Below, in pieces: positions 50,655-62,975 of a DNA stretch of 64,000 nt. The stretch comes from Marsupella aquatica. Taxonomy: Eukaryota; Plantae; Marchantiophyta. The notes under the pieces are model-generated. The model saw nothing but the letters and a program-made list of their open reading frames with translations. It ran no database searches and had not been told where the DNA came from. Each line of letters opens with the position of its first letter. The first letter of the stretch is position 1. The stretch spans positions 4,910,071-4,974,070 of the forward strand of contig OZ316893.1 of the NCBI GenBank assembly GCA_973895155.1. Reading direction: 5' to 3'. Made by a program: the position numbers and the translations under genes.

Positions 50655-53600
50655 TCTGAATAATGAACGAACCTATTACTTAGGTTTCAACGTCGTAGTG
50701 GGGTATGAGCAAGGCAAATACTTAAGCTGCATCATGGGTGGTAGTACCCAATTTTATTAGTGTTGACATTTTGTCATAATTAAGGTCACTAATAGTGCTG
50801 CATTTTGATGAGCAGAAGCACTAAACCTTGGGAACTGTTAGAAAACCAGGCGAAAAGGATATTTTGTCCAAAGATATTTTATCCAACTTTAACGGTATAT
50901 CATGATTTTCACTGAATACATTTGCATGTATGATGGATTGCATTATAAAGTGTTTTGGCCTATTAGCACTTCTTTTGTTAAAAGTATGCTGACAGTATGT
51001 ATATTACATGAGAATGTGTATGTTGTCGTTGCATCTCTTGAAGATCCTAATGTGTTTGCATTGTGTGTATTTCAAATGTATTTGTGCAGGTCTTTTTGTT
51101 ATCGACTCCAAAAGCAATTGTGCTATGCATGTTCTAGATTTGTATTGCAATGGCAGCCCCTAAACCCAACTCTGTGAAATTGATACGCAAAGTTGGGGAT
51201 GACAAGGCTGATTTACCAATCTGTGTTTTGTCATTCAAAGAAGGACACACCCTACATGATTTTAGGGCTCGTATTGGCTCTACTCTAGACTTTGACTTTG
51301 ATTTTTGGGATGAGAGACTTCCTGGTCGAGTGAAACCTGTACATGAGAAATTAATTGATCTGTCTGAGCTGGATGGAAGAGTTATTGTTGTACAACAAGA
51401 ACTTGGAGATGGTGGGAGCCCGGGTGGGAGGATCCCACCAATACCCTGTCATCCTTGCACTCCTGCATCATTGGGTCCGAATACTGGGACACCACAATTG
51501 GGGCCAACAGCACCAGCACCCTCCCCTGTAAGGGCTTCTTTTGAGTCACAATTGATGGGAGATGTTCCATCAAAGCTATGGAAAGATGAGTGGATGAGGT
51601 TAGAGAAATGGGCACATAAGAAGGGTTATGGTGATCACAATTGGAGAATTCGTACCTGGGATGAGGGGACAGATGTTCGAGGGCATCTGGAGTGTCTTGA
51701 ATGTAGGGAAACTTATGGCAATGTAGACAACTCTCAGAACCCTAAATCCATCTCCAATTGCTTTAGTAATTTTAAGACCAAACACTTGGTCTTCAATAAG
51801 CACAAGGATAACTATTGTCGGAGAAGGGGCATTCCTTCTACTTTGGTTCAGGTAGCAGACATCTCTGAGAAGCCAGAATATGATCATGCAGACGCCATCA
51901 AAGTAGGCGTTGAGATAGTTCAGCGATTGAATGCGGAGCTTGGGGATGATGGCAAACTATTCTCTATTGTTCCTGATCCCAGTACTCCTGAGTGTGCAAA
52001 CAGGTCTTTCCTGTTTAAGGTTCGCTGTACTGTCTGTGGAATGCTTCACACTGACTTGTGCCCCAAGAAGCTTACCTTGGAGCCCAATTTGAGGACACAC
52101 TTAGTGAGTCAAGATCACTTGGATGCATTGGAGACGAGGCATGACACAAAAATGCTTGCCTTGAGGTCTGGGAAGAGGGGCAGGCCAAAGAGGACTGATT
52201 CTAGGGACCTACATCCTGGTCAGAGCAGGATTTTGAAGTTCTTTAAAGATGATGGGTCCCGAACAGGCAGCAGTTCAGGTTCAGGTTCAGGTGTGTGTGA
52301 ATCTGTTGATCTTGGTCTGAGTTTGCTTTGCTGGGGATTATGGGTAGAGAGAGGTGTGCCTCGAGTGTTATGGAAGGGTATATCTTATGATATTTCCGGC
52401 ATTTTGGATGATCAGTCTGGGGGCATTGCGAGCCAAGTTGTTGCTTGGATGTTTTCCATCCAAGAAGAGACTGTGTTGTGAGTATAGCAGGCTGTTTTAG
52501 ACACAAGGATTGCTTGAGGTTATCACAGAATGGAGGAGGATTTGAAAATCTAACTTGTAGTGAATGTGATTCTATAACACTAGAAGATGATTTTCGTGGA
52601 CGGGTGCACAGGGAAGCGGAAGCAGTAGTCCACAGAGGGAGCCGAACCACTGCTGGTGGTATACGATTGGATTATTTGACCAACCCAGAGTTAAGAGATC
52701 AAGTGCACAAGCTGAACTCTGTGCGACGAAGAGAGCGTTGGTTGTTAGCTTTGCAAGCTCAGAAAGTATGTGCCTTGAGCACCAGGAAAAGAAAACTAGA
52801 GGAGTTGTTAGGAGTTGCAGCAGACAGGAAGGATTTGAGATTGTTTCTTAGGAGTATTTTGAATGGACACAGGAATGGTGCATTTGGTGGTAAGGAGGTT
52901 TTGTGGGATTTCTTGAAGGATGTAGCTCGCAATTTAGGCAGGAAGCCAAAAGGTAATTGGTACAATAATAGGACTCGAGCTATTGCTCAGGCTATGTTCC
53001 AATTTGGGGGCCGTCAAGTTGCTCATTGTTTTGCACGAAACTTGACAGCCCCTAGCCTTGTGACCCTAAAACGTGATAGAGCAAAACTCACACCTTTTCG
53101 AACTGGGTTACGGAAGGAAACCTTTCAGAAGATCGCTAGAGTGTTGTCTGCTGCAAAGCACTCATTGGGCATTGAGGGGGATGTGCCTGTTATCTTTGCT
53201 GAGGATGAAACAAGGATCAAAGAACACCCTAGGTAATTGGAACTGGACATTTTTCCAATTGTTTTTTTAATGACTTTACAAGTAGCACTTGGCTGGAATT
53301 GCTCTGATATTGAAAATTTGCATGTCTGTGTTTCAGGTGGGAGGCAAAGTATGATACTCTCATTGGTTTCTGTGGACCTTCAGAGCAGCATGTATGCTCC
53401 TATGGTTTGGAAATTCTAGTTGGTGAAGGTGATGAGGGGTATGATAAAATTGTAAGTACATTTGAACAATGCCCCAAGTGCATGTATGCTCGAGTTGTGA
53501 TTGTGAATCCTCTGCATGAGTCCTTACCTAAATTGGCTGTGTGTGCACTTCCAACTTGTAATAAGTTCACAAATTCTTGGGTACGAGAGCATTGGGTCCA

Positions 53601-53738
53601 GTTAAAGGCTTTTGGGGATGAATATTGTAGAGCTATGGTAGGCTCTTTGCTTGGACATGCTAGTGATGGTGATGCACGTCGCCGGAAGTTGATGCTGGAA
53701 GATTACAGAGGGCAGAATGGATCATACCCAAGGTACGG

Positions 53739-54883
53739 TGTCGTGATTTTCTCTTAAGTTATAAAAAATTGTTTTAATATGCTATAGATTATATAAGTAA
53801 TTTAGTAGTTAGATTATTAAATTTAGATTTTATTAAAACTCTTTAGCTATATTAACGGACTATGGTAGTTCCACCAATGCATATGAGTAGTTCCACCAAC
53901 TACAATAATATTCACCAACACATAGTAGTTCTACCAACGCACAGTAAGTCCATCAGCGCATAGTAGTTTTACTAACGCACAATAGTTTTACCAACGCACA
54001 GTAGGTCCACCAACGCATAGTAGTTCCACCAACTCATGGTAGTTTCACCTACTAAAAGTAGTTTCACCAACTATGAACAGTACTAGCACACTCTTTGGTA
54101 TTAGATGTTTGACACTTGGCCTTCATCCAAGTGTTTGGGATTGATCCATGCCCTCTTGGTGTGCACTATAAATAAAGTGGTGAGGGGCACTCTCCCCTCA
54201 TTCCGCAGTGTTTATCATTCAAGGTTGTGAAGCTCTTTTGTGCCTTGAACATAGTAGTGGGGCGTTCTTTGGCCCGGATAGCAAAGGAATGAGTGGTAGA
54301 CTTATAGATGGGACCTTAGGGAATAAGGTTTCTTTGGGAATATAGGGGTGGGGCGTTCTTTGGCCCGGATAGCAAAGGAATAGGAGAGCCATCATGAAGA
54401 GAGTTATCCCTGATCTTCCCCTTCGTAATCTATTTTTGATTAGAGTCCATCTTTTAGACAAACCATCTATGAGGCAACATCTAACCTATCATTTTGGAGC
54501 TCAGTTTGCAACTGCTGTTATGGTTTCTAACGAGCCAATAATATACCCAGTGGTGTCGTACCGAGAGGAGTGGGAGTGCATCATCTTTGTCCTTTATTGA
54601 AGTCATGGATCTGAATAGGAGTCCGGATAATATTCCTGTTTCATTTTCTCTTGGAGATATTAGAATCATATGTCGTAAGAAAACTAATTTTCGTGATGTG
54701 TTGGTCCGCAAGTATGGTGAAGTAGGGTTTAAAAGTATTTTAATTTCACCTGAACCTTTCTTAATACCCACTACCCTTGTTACTAGAATTATTATTTTGA
54801 TTTTAGTGTAGAACTTATGAGCATGCAAGGTTAACTTCAAAAGAGCCAACATGCTCTTGCCAGAAAATACGGTCACCCGAACA
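53739..54883 (+). mobile_element. Solo LTR (1145 bp) inserted in the P-like transposase
   Basis: TGTCGTGA..TCACCCGAACA termini, 4 bp TSD ACGG, TATAAATA at about 54167 and internal tagttccaccaac repeats. Excision gives the in-frame YPRYGVGWEGW. Confidence 0.88.
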
Positions 54884-55148
54884 ACGGAGTTGGGTGGGAA
54901 GGGTGGGCTTACTCTGCTTCAATTCTACCAAATGGGGATTTGTATGGCTTTGGTGACCAAGACCAACCTCATAATGGGAAAAAGATGATAAACCCCTTAG
55001 ACAAAGTGTCTTCTTTACTGGTGCTAGGAGATCAACATGCATCTTTATCTTATGTAGCTAATGTCTACAATCATTATCCAATTCATGAACATGGCATGGC
55101 TTGGGATGATGTGAATAGGACTGACCGGCAGAATTGGGTAGGTCCACA

Positions 55149-55393
55149 CTCGGGGGGGTCACTTCCATGAAAGTGGCATATCATGTGCGACGAAGTATAG
55201 GGCCATTTAAATGGTTTTGGCGGAAGACTTATTAAGTCTTCTATGGAAATATAGGGTTGTTTAATTGCAAAATGCATACGTGTCATCACATGATTGGTGT
55301 CGTACAACTTTCTAGAAAGTGACTTAGGGGGGTCATAAATGACCCAAACCGTCGCACGTGATGGATGACCCTTCATATAGTGACCCCCCCGAG
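55149..55393 (+). mobile_element. 245 bp MITE of the same CTCGGGGG-TIR family inserted in the family transposase
   Basis: TIR CTCGGGGGGGTCACT / AGTGACCCCCCCGAG, exact 8 bp TSD GGTCCACA. Excision gives the in-frame NWVGPQRIAARR. Confidence 0.93.
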
Positions 55394-58300
55394 GGTCCAC
55401 AACGAATAGCAGCAAGAAGAGTGCAGCAATGTCTGAAAGATATGTATGAGAGGAGAGATATACGACATGAACGAAGTTTAGGAACTCAGTTGTACTTGGA
55501 GATTTGTGCAGATTACTTAGATATTTTCTTTTCTCCAATTCATGACTTGAGGTCCCGTATTGTGTTAGCATCCAAGGTTTCGTTCTTTCTACGTTTGTGG
55601 AGATTGTGGTTGAGGTTTGGTGACCATTCAGTGGGTGGGAACTTTGCAGCACACACTGAGAAAGACATGATGTCTATTCAGGCCTTTCATGATGTTAACA
55701 TGTCATGTCATTTCATTGTGCTGTTAATTTGTGCCTTTCGAGATAAGTTCCCACATCTAGGTGTTCCCTTTCACTTGTTAGGTTTGGATTGTTGTGAGAT
55801 TTTCTTCAGCAAGGTAGGAGGCATGAGTGGCCATGAGCAAAATTATGATTTTGGCTCTCTGTTGGATAGTGCTGTTGGACTGAACCGGCTTGCTGCCCTG
55901 GAATATGGACCAGAAGGCTTGAAGATAGGTTGTTCACATAAGAAGCGAGATCATGTATGGGGGAAGATTCATCCTATAGGGGGAGGGGAGGAAGCACCAA
56001 ATCTACTTGACTATTCTTTCATTGAGACTAATGAATTAGTGGTTGCAGCCCTTAAAGAAGGTTTTGTTGCTGCTAAGGATCTTATGCATCAATTGCAGAT
56101 GTCTCCACGAAGTTCCTTACCAACAGCTAGAAAGAGATGGTGGACATGTCCTTGGGTTGTGGAAAGTGAGACCTGGCCACTAGAGGTGGTTCTGAAGGAA
56201 GCAGTTGTTTGCAATGATTCTGAGGAGCAAGTAGAGCACCAACCACCAGACATAGGCCCTCGCCCAACTAGAGAATTTCATGAATTGGAAGATCCTGAGG
56301 ATGATCTGAATAGAATAGATGCATGGTTAACAGAACCAGATCCCATTGTTATTCCTGACATGCATTCAGATGATGTACACAAAGATGATATACAGTTTGA
56401 TGTCGACCCCATAGATGAGCTTGAGACATTAGGCCATGAAGTTCGGCATGTGTTTGGATCAGTTGTCCATGTTGTAACTAATGTGCAGAATCATACCAAG
56501 GTAGTGCCTACTATTACTTATGAAGGCAAGGTGATTTACAAATCCACTCTGGTAAGCCAGCTGGTAGGCAATCCACATTTGTCAAAAGATAGGCTGACAA
56601 GGGTGAAACAAGTGCTATACTATAGTACTGGCAAGAGAAAAGTGCAAGAAGCCAATCCTAACTCATGTTTTGTTGATGTTGGCACTGATTGTGCAATTGC
56701 ATTTGAGTCTGATGATAATCCTGCTCCAAGTACTAGATCTGGAAAAAAAAGGGAGGAAAGAATAAGGCTGCGATGGAGGCAATCTCAACAGGTAATAAAT
56801 ATTTTTGGTTGGGTCGGATTGTCCAAATGAGACAAAAGTATGGTAGTAGGTGGGGCAATTGTCGGACACCAATTGATTTAATGGATAGGCCCACTCCACT
56901 TGCAGGGCAATCAGGTAGCATTTGTGAACTGTTGTTAAATTGGTATAGTCCTATTGGTAAGAGCAAAAGTGAATTCAGATATGATACCACTGATTTGAAA
57001 TGGATGGATATTGAAATGGTCATTGCTAGTGTTAGCTTAACCATGAAAGAAGGGGTTATGGATCGTATCTATGTCTTGGATCCAATAGATAGACATGCAT
57101 TGGATCAGTATCTTCAAACAATGGTATGAATGTTATGCTATTGTTTACTTTTTGAGAGTATATATATTTTATTTTGTTTATATTAGTGGGTGTAGTGGGA
57201 TAGGATAGGGGGTGACGGATTGGCAACTTGAGATCCTTTCTCAATTAGGGGTTCAATTCCCCTCCGTCACATGTTACATCTCTCAGCAGAAGTTTTCAAT
57301 GGAGTATGGATGGAGTATGTGATTGGTTTCAAATTGATTGTTGATGGAATGGATTATTCATGTTGTGACCTTAAGGCCATCCCACTTATGTACACAATAT
57401 TGGGATGACCTTTAGGTACACAATATAAATGATGCATTGAAATGATGAAAGTTTGAGGTCGAAAAAGGCGCAAGAACTGTTGCAGGGCGTGCCATGTTTG
57501 ACATACGACTTCACAAGGTACTGGCATAGACTTATCTTTTCTTTCTAGGCATTTTTTATTGATATGTGACACTTTACTTCACAAATTATAGGGGCAATAT
57601 AAATTGGATTTTAGACTCTTAGAAGAAAGAAAGGGGGAGGAAACAAAAATTTCAACTTAATAAGTATGGGGGTCTAGGCATGAAAACGTCGCAGGTGATG
57701 GGGGGTCCTCCATATAGTGAGACCCCCGAGGAAGCAGCTAGGACTCCAATCAGGTTTGTGCTCCAAGGCTGTATCCTTCATTGCCTTCAAAAAAGTAGCG
57801 ATGTGCTCAGCTGATTCAGACTGCTGGATGCACCATGCTATGGGTAATCCCATCTGGTGTTGATCAAAAGCAACGAGCGTGAAGAAAGGGAACTACAACC
57901 GCACTGGGGTTAGAAAGGCAGAACATGAACTAGAAGACAAATAATGAACTCAAGTACATTGTGTAGTGACATGGCAGAACATGAACTACAAGACATCAAA
58001 TGAAATAGGTCACATGGCAGAACATGAACTATAATACTAGAAACAAAATATATGAAGAGCAGAACATGAACTATAATAGAAGGGATAGACACAACAAAAC
58101 ATATGAAGATGGCAGAACATGAACTTCAACAAAGATACAAAATGAAGTCGCATGGTCAAATAGGTGTGATGGGCAGAACATGAACCATAATTGAAGGAAC
58201 AGACACAAGAAAACATATGAAGATGGCAAAACATGAACTAGAAGACATGGAATGCAATGAAATGGAGATCTTGAGGAGATGAAATGCTAATTACATACCC

Positions 58301-59376
58301 CATATTTATTAGTTGCAAAGGTACTATCTAACGCCAAAACTGATCCATGAGATAGGGTGATCATCTGCGCTCTTTGCCAAGGTGACTGCAATGAAAGTAT
58401 GAATTCCTGCTCTGGTGGGCCCGCCATGTACTCCTGTGAAAGAAGCACTCTCTCAGGATACATCCCCATCCATTTGCGCATCGATGCCTGGTCATTATCA
58501 GACCATAGCTAGGTCTCCTTGTCAACTTTTTGTTTGAGGTTTCGAAGATCTTGTTTAGAAACCAGGTTGTCTCTCCCATCGAAAGTTAGTGACACACCAG
58601 GATCAGTGGTATTGTGTCCACGATCATGACCATCTCTTTCAAACTGCGATTGACAATGGAGGTCATAAATATCAAGGACGGACCATCCTGCCCTCAATAA
58701 GTCCTCAAGGTGCTTCCGGATCTCTTTGGTCAACCATGGAGCAATGCTGCATTTTGGTCCCCAAGAGGGCGGCCCCAATTGTGGATCCCAATCGCCATGC
58801 ACAATGTCCCCTCTTTGATTACAATGCTTTCTGCAATTCGAACACAGACAGAACATAAACCATTGCATACAAAATAAGATGGTAGACAGTAAAAACAACT
58901 ATGTGCACAAAATTAGGCAAAACCTAAACTGCATCACATAAATTCATGTCAACGTGGACCTTGCAACAGACTTGGAGTATGCATAATTAGACAGAATGCA
59001 TCCTTGCATGTTTATGTAGGAGAGTTGAACAGCATCAGGGTTGGCTTTCATCCTCTTCGCAATGAAATGACACTGACATCCTCGCTTGGCATGGTTGTTG
59101 AATGCATTCTTCCGTAATCTAGGTCTACTCCCAACTCCTGATGTTGGTTTTGTTCCAGGCAGTGGAGGAATAGCTACGCTACGCATGTCTTCCTCTTGTG
59201 GGCCATAGGAACACCAGAAGATGGCATATTCTATCCAATAAGTGTTATTTGAATTAGATTTTCTTGAGGTTCTAATATGAAATGAGCTCTCAAATTTTGG
59301 ATCCTTTCTGCCTTCGCCATCTTTGAAATCAGTGAGACGGTTCCATGGAATGAGAGCTTGGTCATATGAGGCTTTA

Positions 59377-59661
59377 CACCGTGCCAGGAAACAGGAAAAT
59401 GATTTCCTGTTATCAACAAAAATGAGATTTAAAAAATTTCTCATTAAAACTCAAAATTTTCAAAATATTTTTAAAAACGATCATTTTGGGCTAGCGCCAG
59501 GCGCTACTATTACTAGCTTGGGGCGCTAGTAAAAAAATGTCAAAAATACAAACAAAACAAAAAAAATTCCAAACAAAAAAATTCCAAACAAAAAAATTTC
59601 GAAAAATTCTCATCCATTTTCCTGTTTACTGTTTCCTGTTTCCTGTTTCCTGGCACGGTGG
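59377..59661. mobile_element. About 285 bp MITE (Tourist/PIF-Harbinger-like) in the first MULE transposase exon
   Basis: 22 bp TIR CACCGTGCCAGGAAACAGGAAA, flanked by TTA on both sides (one extra G at the right end), with an A-rich interior. Confidence 0.75.
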
Positions 59662-62600
59662 TTATACCCAGTCATATGGGCTCCAAACAATCTGTAGCGA
59701 CAAAAATTTCCCAGGCGGTGGAATCTGTACGTACTCCTGTGTTTCATGACTCATTGGATTACACAAAGGCTCCCAACAATTATCCTGCCAGGGCGTTGGT
59801 AGAACATAAACTACAAGACGAATATTTCTGGTACAGAACTCGCACCGCGCGATCGGGTGCATTTGCATTGCAAGGGCAATTGAAATTGAACTGCGACATG
59901 TTTGCAAAGTAGTACCACGAACGCAAAGACAAAGAGCATGTGAACTGACAAATACCAGAAACATTTAGGGGGAAAGCCAACCGGTGGAAATGAACAACGG
60001 CATAACATAATATCAGGTGGCAATGGCAGAATCACACGCACCCTTTGCTTGCAATGACGATCACGTTGAAAGTAGTGGCATCACAATCCTGACACTTCAG
60101 AATGAAAATCAATCTGCCATCATTCTACCGTGAGCTCGTGTGCAGGCGGTCCGAAAACGCGCTTGAGTGGACCCTTGAGTGGGATCGCAGGGCTCGACAG
60201 CAGTCGACTGTCGAGACGGGGCAGGGGAGGGTAGCGTTGGCAGGGTCGGGGAGTCGGTTCGCGCTCCCGCCCGATTTCAAAACGGACGGACGACGGACGG
60301 AAATGCAGTTTAGGCAGTTGAAGGAGAAATGGTAGAACATAAACCTAGGCCGCGTCGGGGAACGGGCAGGCGGCATTGGATTTCGTGACGGGCAGCGTAC
60401 GGGGTGCCGCTAAACTTGGAGCGCATTAACGCGGTGTTGATTTAACCCAGGGTTTCAAAAAGACAAAAGAGAGTCTGAATTGAGTGCAGGGATGTACACT
60501 TTAAGGTGGGAGTCACGACAATTGCACACTTAACAAAGAGATGTAAACCACACACTCTTATTGATAAGTTAGGACTAGAACTGCACATCAAAAGCCAGTA
60601 GCATATAGTGTACTGTGCTATGTGGCAAGTCCACACCCATTGAATTCACTTCCCACATCATGAAAATTTATTATTCTATTATATCACTGGAGCTATTTTT
60701 TATGTATCTAGCAGCAGCAATTTTGACTTGCAAAATGGCCAGGACACCCATGGAAAAGTGTCCAATTCTACAGGTTGGATGTGCAAATACTGGGACACAT
60801 TTATAAGGGTCAGCTAACAGTGCACATCAAACATGACATATTATGTTGTGTACAATATTGTTTTATACCCATGATAAACATAGTTATTTGCTTTAAATCT
60901 ATATTATTACATTTTGATGCGCGATTCCAGGTAGGACATTTATAATTGTCAAATTCTATGGGTTTGCATTTATCATCCTAATGCACACTGGAATACTAGA
61001 TGCTTCTTCCCGGGAGTGTGTCCTTAAATAATAGACGTTCCAGGTGGCACGCGATATGCGTGGTATAATTTTTCATTCGCATAATACCGCTCAACGTGGC
61101 GCCCAAACCACCATGGAGTCACCTGCCCGCTGCCCGTCCACCCGGGGGAAGGGCAGCTACACGTTTACATCCCGGGCTGCCCGGAGAGTCAGTAGTGAAA
61201 GGACATGGGCCAGACCGTACTTCCCGGTCTGCCCAGGTCACTGTACGTTCTTTCTGCCCCGATCACGGTACGGTCGCTTTACCAAACAACAAGCATGCTG
61301 CTTTTTCAATCAAAAATTGGCGGTTGAGATTACCCTAACGAACCAGATGGCCTTTCGGACGCCGTCGATCGCTTCTCCATGGTCTGGACCAATGGGACGC
61401 ACCCACTGCAGATAAAATCACGGGCGGCTCGCCGCGTCGTGGAATTTCATGTTGACTTTATCTATTCAATTATTTTCAAAGTTTCCTTTTCTGTGACTCT
61501 AGTCTGTTTATTGTTCGATTATTTCTAATTATTTTACTTCATTGCTTGGCATCCAAGTTGATGTTTGGATGGACTCTAGTGGTCCCTGGCTAAGAGCACG
61601 CCCCTGGTGGGCCTAGGTAGTCCATTGTAACACGCAAATAAAGTTGTTAAATAAATTACCAAAGATAGAACAAGCATAGTCTAACAAAAGTGACTTCCAC
61701 CAACCTGTACAGTATATTATAAAGTTGTTCTTTTTCTATCCGCTGGATTATAAAATTGGCTTTTCTGAAATCTGAAAATATATGTTTTAAACACACTCTT
61801 GATCGTGGTCTCAGTTTAAGCACCCCAGACTCCCCCACTCTGTTTATATCTTGGAGAGCTCTAGTAAAACACTTTCATTTTGTGGCATGACCAACCCAAG
61901 TACACGTTTGGCTCTTTACCGTTGTGGTCTTGTTTTCTAGCTTCTTTTTTCATTTTCCTTTTTGTTTCAGGATTTCGCTTGCCTCTTTTTTGGCATTTGT
62001 CCTCTTTGGACTTCTTTTGTTTGCTCTTTATTGTACTTTGTTTGGCCCTGTCTGTGTAATGAGTTTTCCTTAGTATACTTTATTAGATTATTTTTCAAAT
62101 CCTCAATGCAATGTTGGTGAGTTTCCAGAGTCAATGACATTTTGAGTGAATTCACAGGGTGAGCTGTTACTCACAGCTAGAAGACAAAGCCAAACACTCA
62201 ACTGATGTTCCTGATATGCCAATTTCTAAGTCACCAGGTAATCTTCGATTTCATGAGGCGGAATAAACAGGCAGGTGAAGTGACTAACACACCTCAACAG
62301 CTACTAAGCAATGAATCTACCTCACCCTATCTGTTTAGAGTAATTTCTGGGCTCTCCCTAAGTGGCAGTCTTGTTGGGCCTCTTGCAACTTACGGAAAAT
62401 TATATTATCTTCTACCTTGGGATCCTGTCTTGCTGTTTGGCTCTTTTTTGTTAACAGTGTGATATATACATTTGTGATCCAGCTTGGATGGACCAAGGGG
62501 TTGTTTGAATGAGAAACTAGGATGGACTTTCTCCAAATGTCAAAATAAACTGGGATAACACCTTTTACACATTCAACTAAAATCTAATCTATAAATGGTC

Positions 62601-62724
62601 TTCTGACGTTTGCAGCCCGTTTCAGTTAGTTTCCTCGGCGAGCATCAATTGCAGGTGCTCAAACCAAACTTTTCTTGTCCAATCTCAATTTCTGTAAGAC
62701 CAAATTTTACTGAATTGCTGTCAT

Positions 62725-62975
62725 GCAAAGTACTCAGGGAGTCCTTTGTTACAAAAAGACAAAATGAGTAAAGTCTGGGGCAATAAAACAGCAAGTACTC
62801 AGGGCATCCTTTGTTACAGAATGGCATTGTGAGTAAAGTATGCGACCAAAAAATCAACAACAAACTCAGGGGATCCTTTGTTACAGAATGGCATCATGAG
62901 TACAGACTGCAGCAGTAAAACCACAACATACTCAAGAAGTACTTTATTACATAATGGCATCGTGATTAAAGTGTC
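62725..62975. repeat. Degenerate tandem repeat, about 66 bp x 4
   Basis: actcaggg..tcctttgttaca units at about 62732, 62797, 62864 and 62930, most followed by aatggcat. Confidence 0.8.

Larger units (their letters stand above)
51150..57129 (+). pseudogene. P-element-like DDE transposase, interrupted by a solo LTR and a MITE, with two frameshifts
   Basis: AEDETRIK (D 53204), intron 53233-53336, ASDGD (D 53665), DQPHNGKK (DxxH 54961), TDRQN and DCCEIFFS (E 55796). The frame is restored across both insertions. Frameshifts in the G run at about 52420 and the A run at about 56745. Confidence 0.8.
46327..57730 (+). mobile_element. 11.4 kb TIR DNA transposon, P-superfamily-like, nested in the MULE transposase
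   Basis: 15 bp perfect TIR CTCGGGGGTCTCACT / AGTGAGACCCCCGAG. Exact 8 bp TSD GAAGCAGC (46319-46326 and 57731-57738). Removing it restores the host reading frame. Confidence 0.93.
44364..59754 (-). pseudogene. MULE transposase with N-terminal WRKY/GCM1-like zinc finger and SWIM domain; interrupted by nested elements
   Basis: Motifs WCSYGP, KRGCQCHFIAKR..H..HG, LALDSTFATNKYG, DWSPSCF|IIDCAQAE (rejoins exactly across 57731/46318), FCSWHVRRAW, NTNGAIEAWH and SWIM CDC..GNMCKH. Stop at 58509-58511 and frameshifts near 59670. Confidence 0.9.
39638..60453 (-). mobile_element. Mutator-like element (MULE), 20.8 kb including nested insertions
   Basis: About 280 bp near-perfect TIRs (39638-39917 and 60172-60453, ACCCTGGGTTAAATCAACACCGCG..). 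TSD ttcaaaaa on both sides (8 bp, or 9 bp tttcaaaaa if the ends are asymmetric). Internal MULE+SWIM transposase. Confidence 0.93.

Noticed and set aside
57190-57270. tRNA-like B box ggttcaattccc in the P-like element 3' region
   Set aside because: No cloverleaf or A box could be built.
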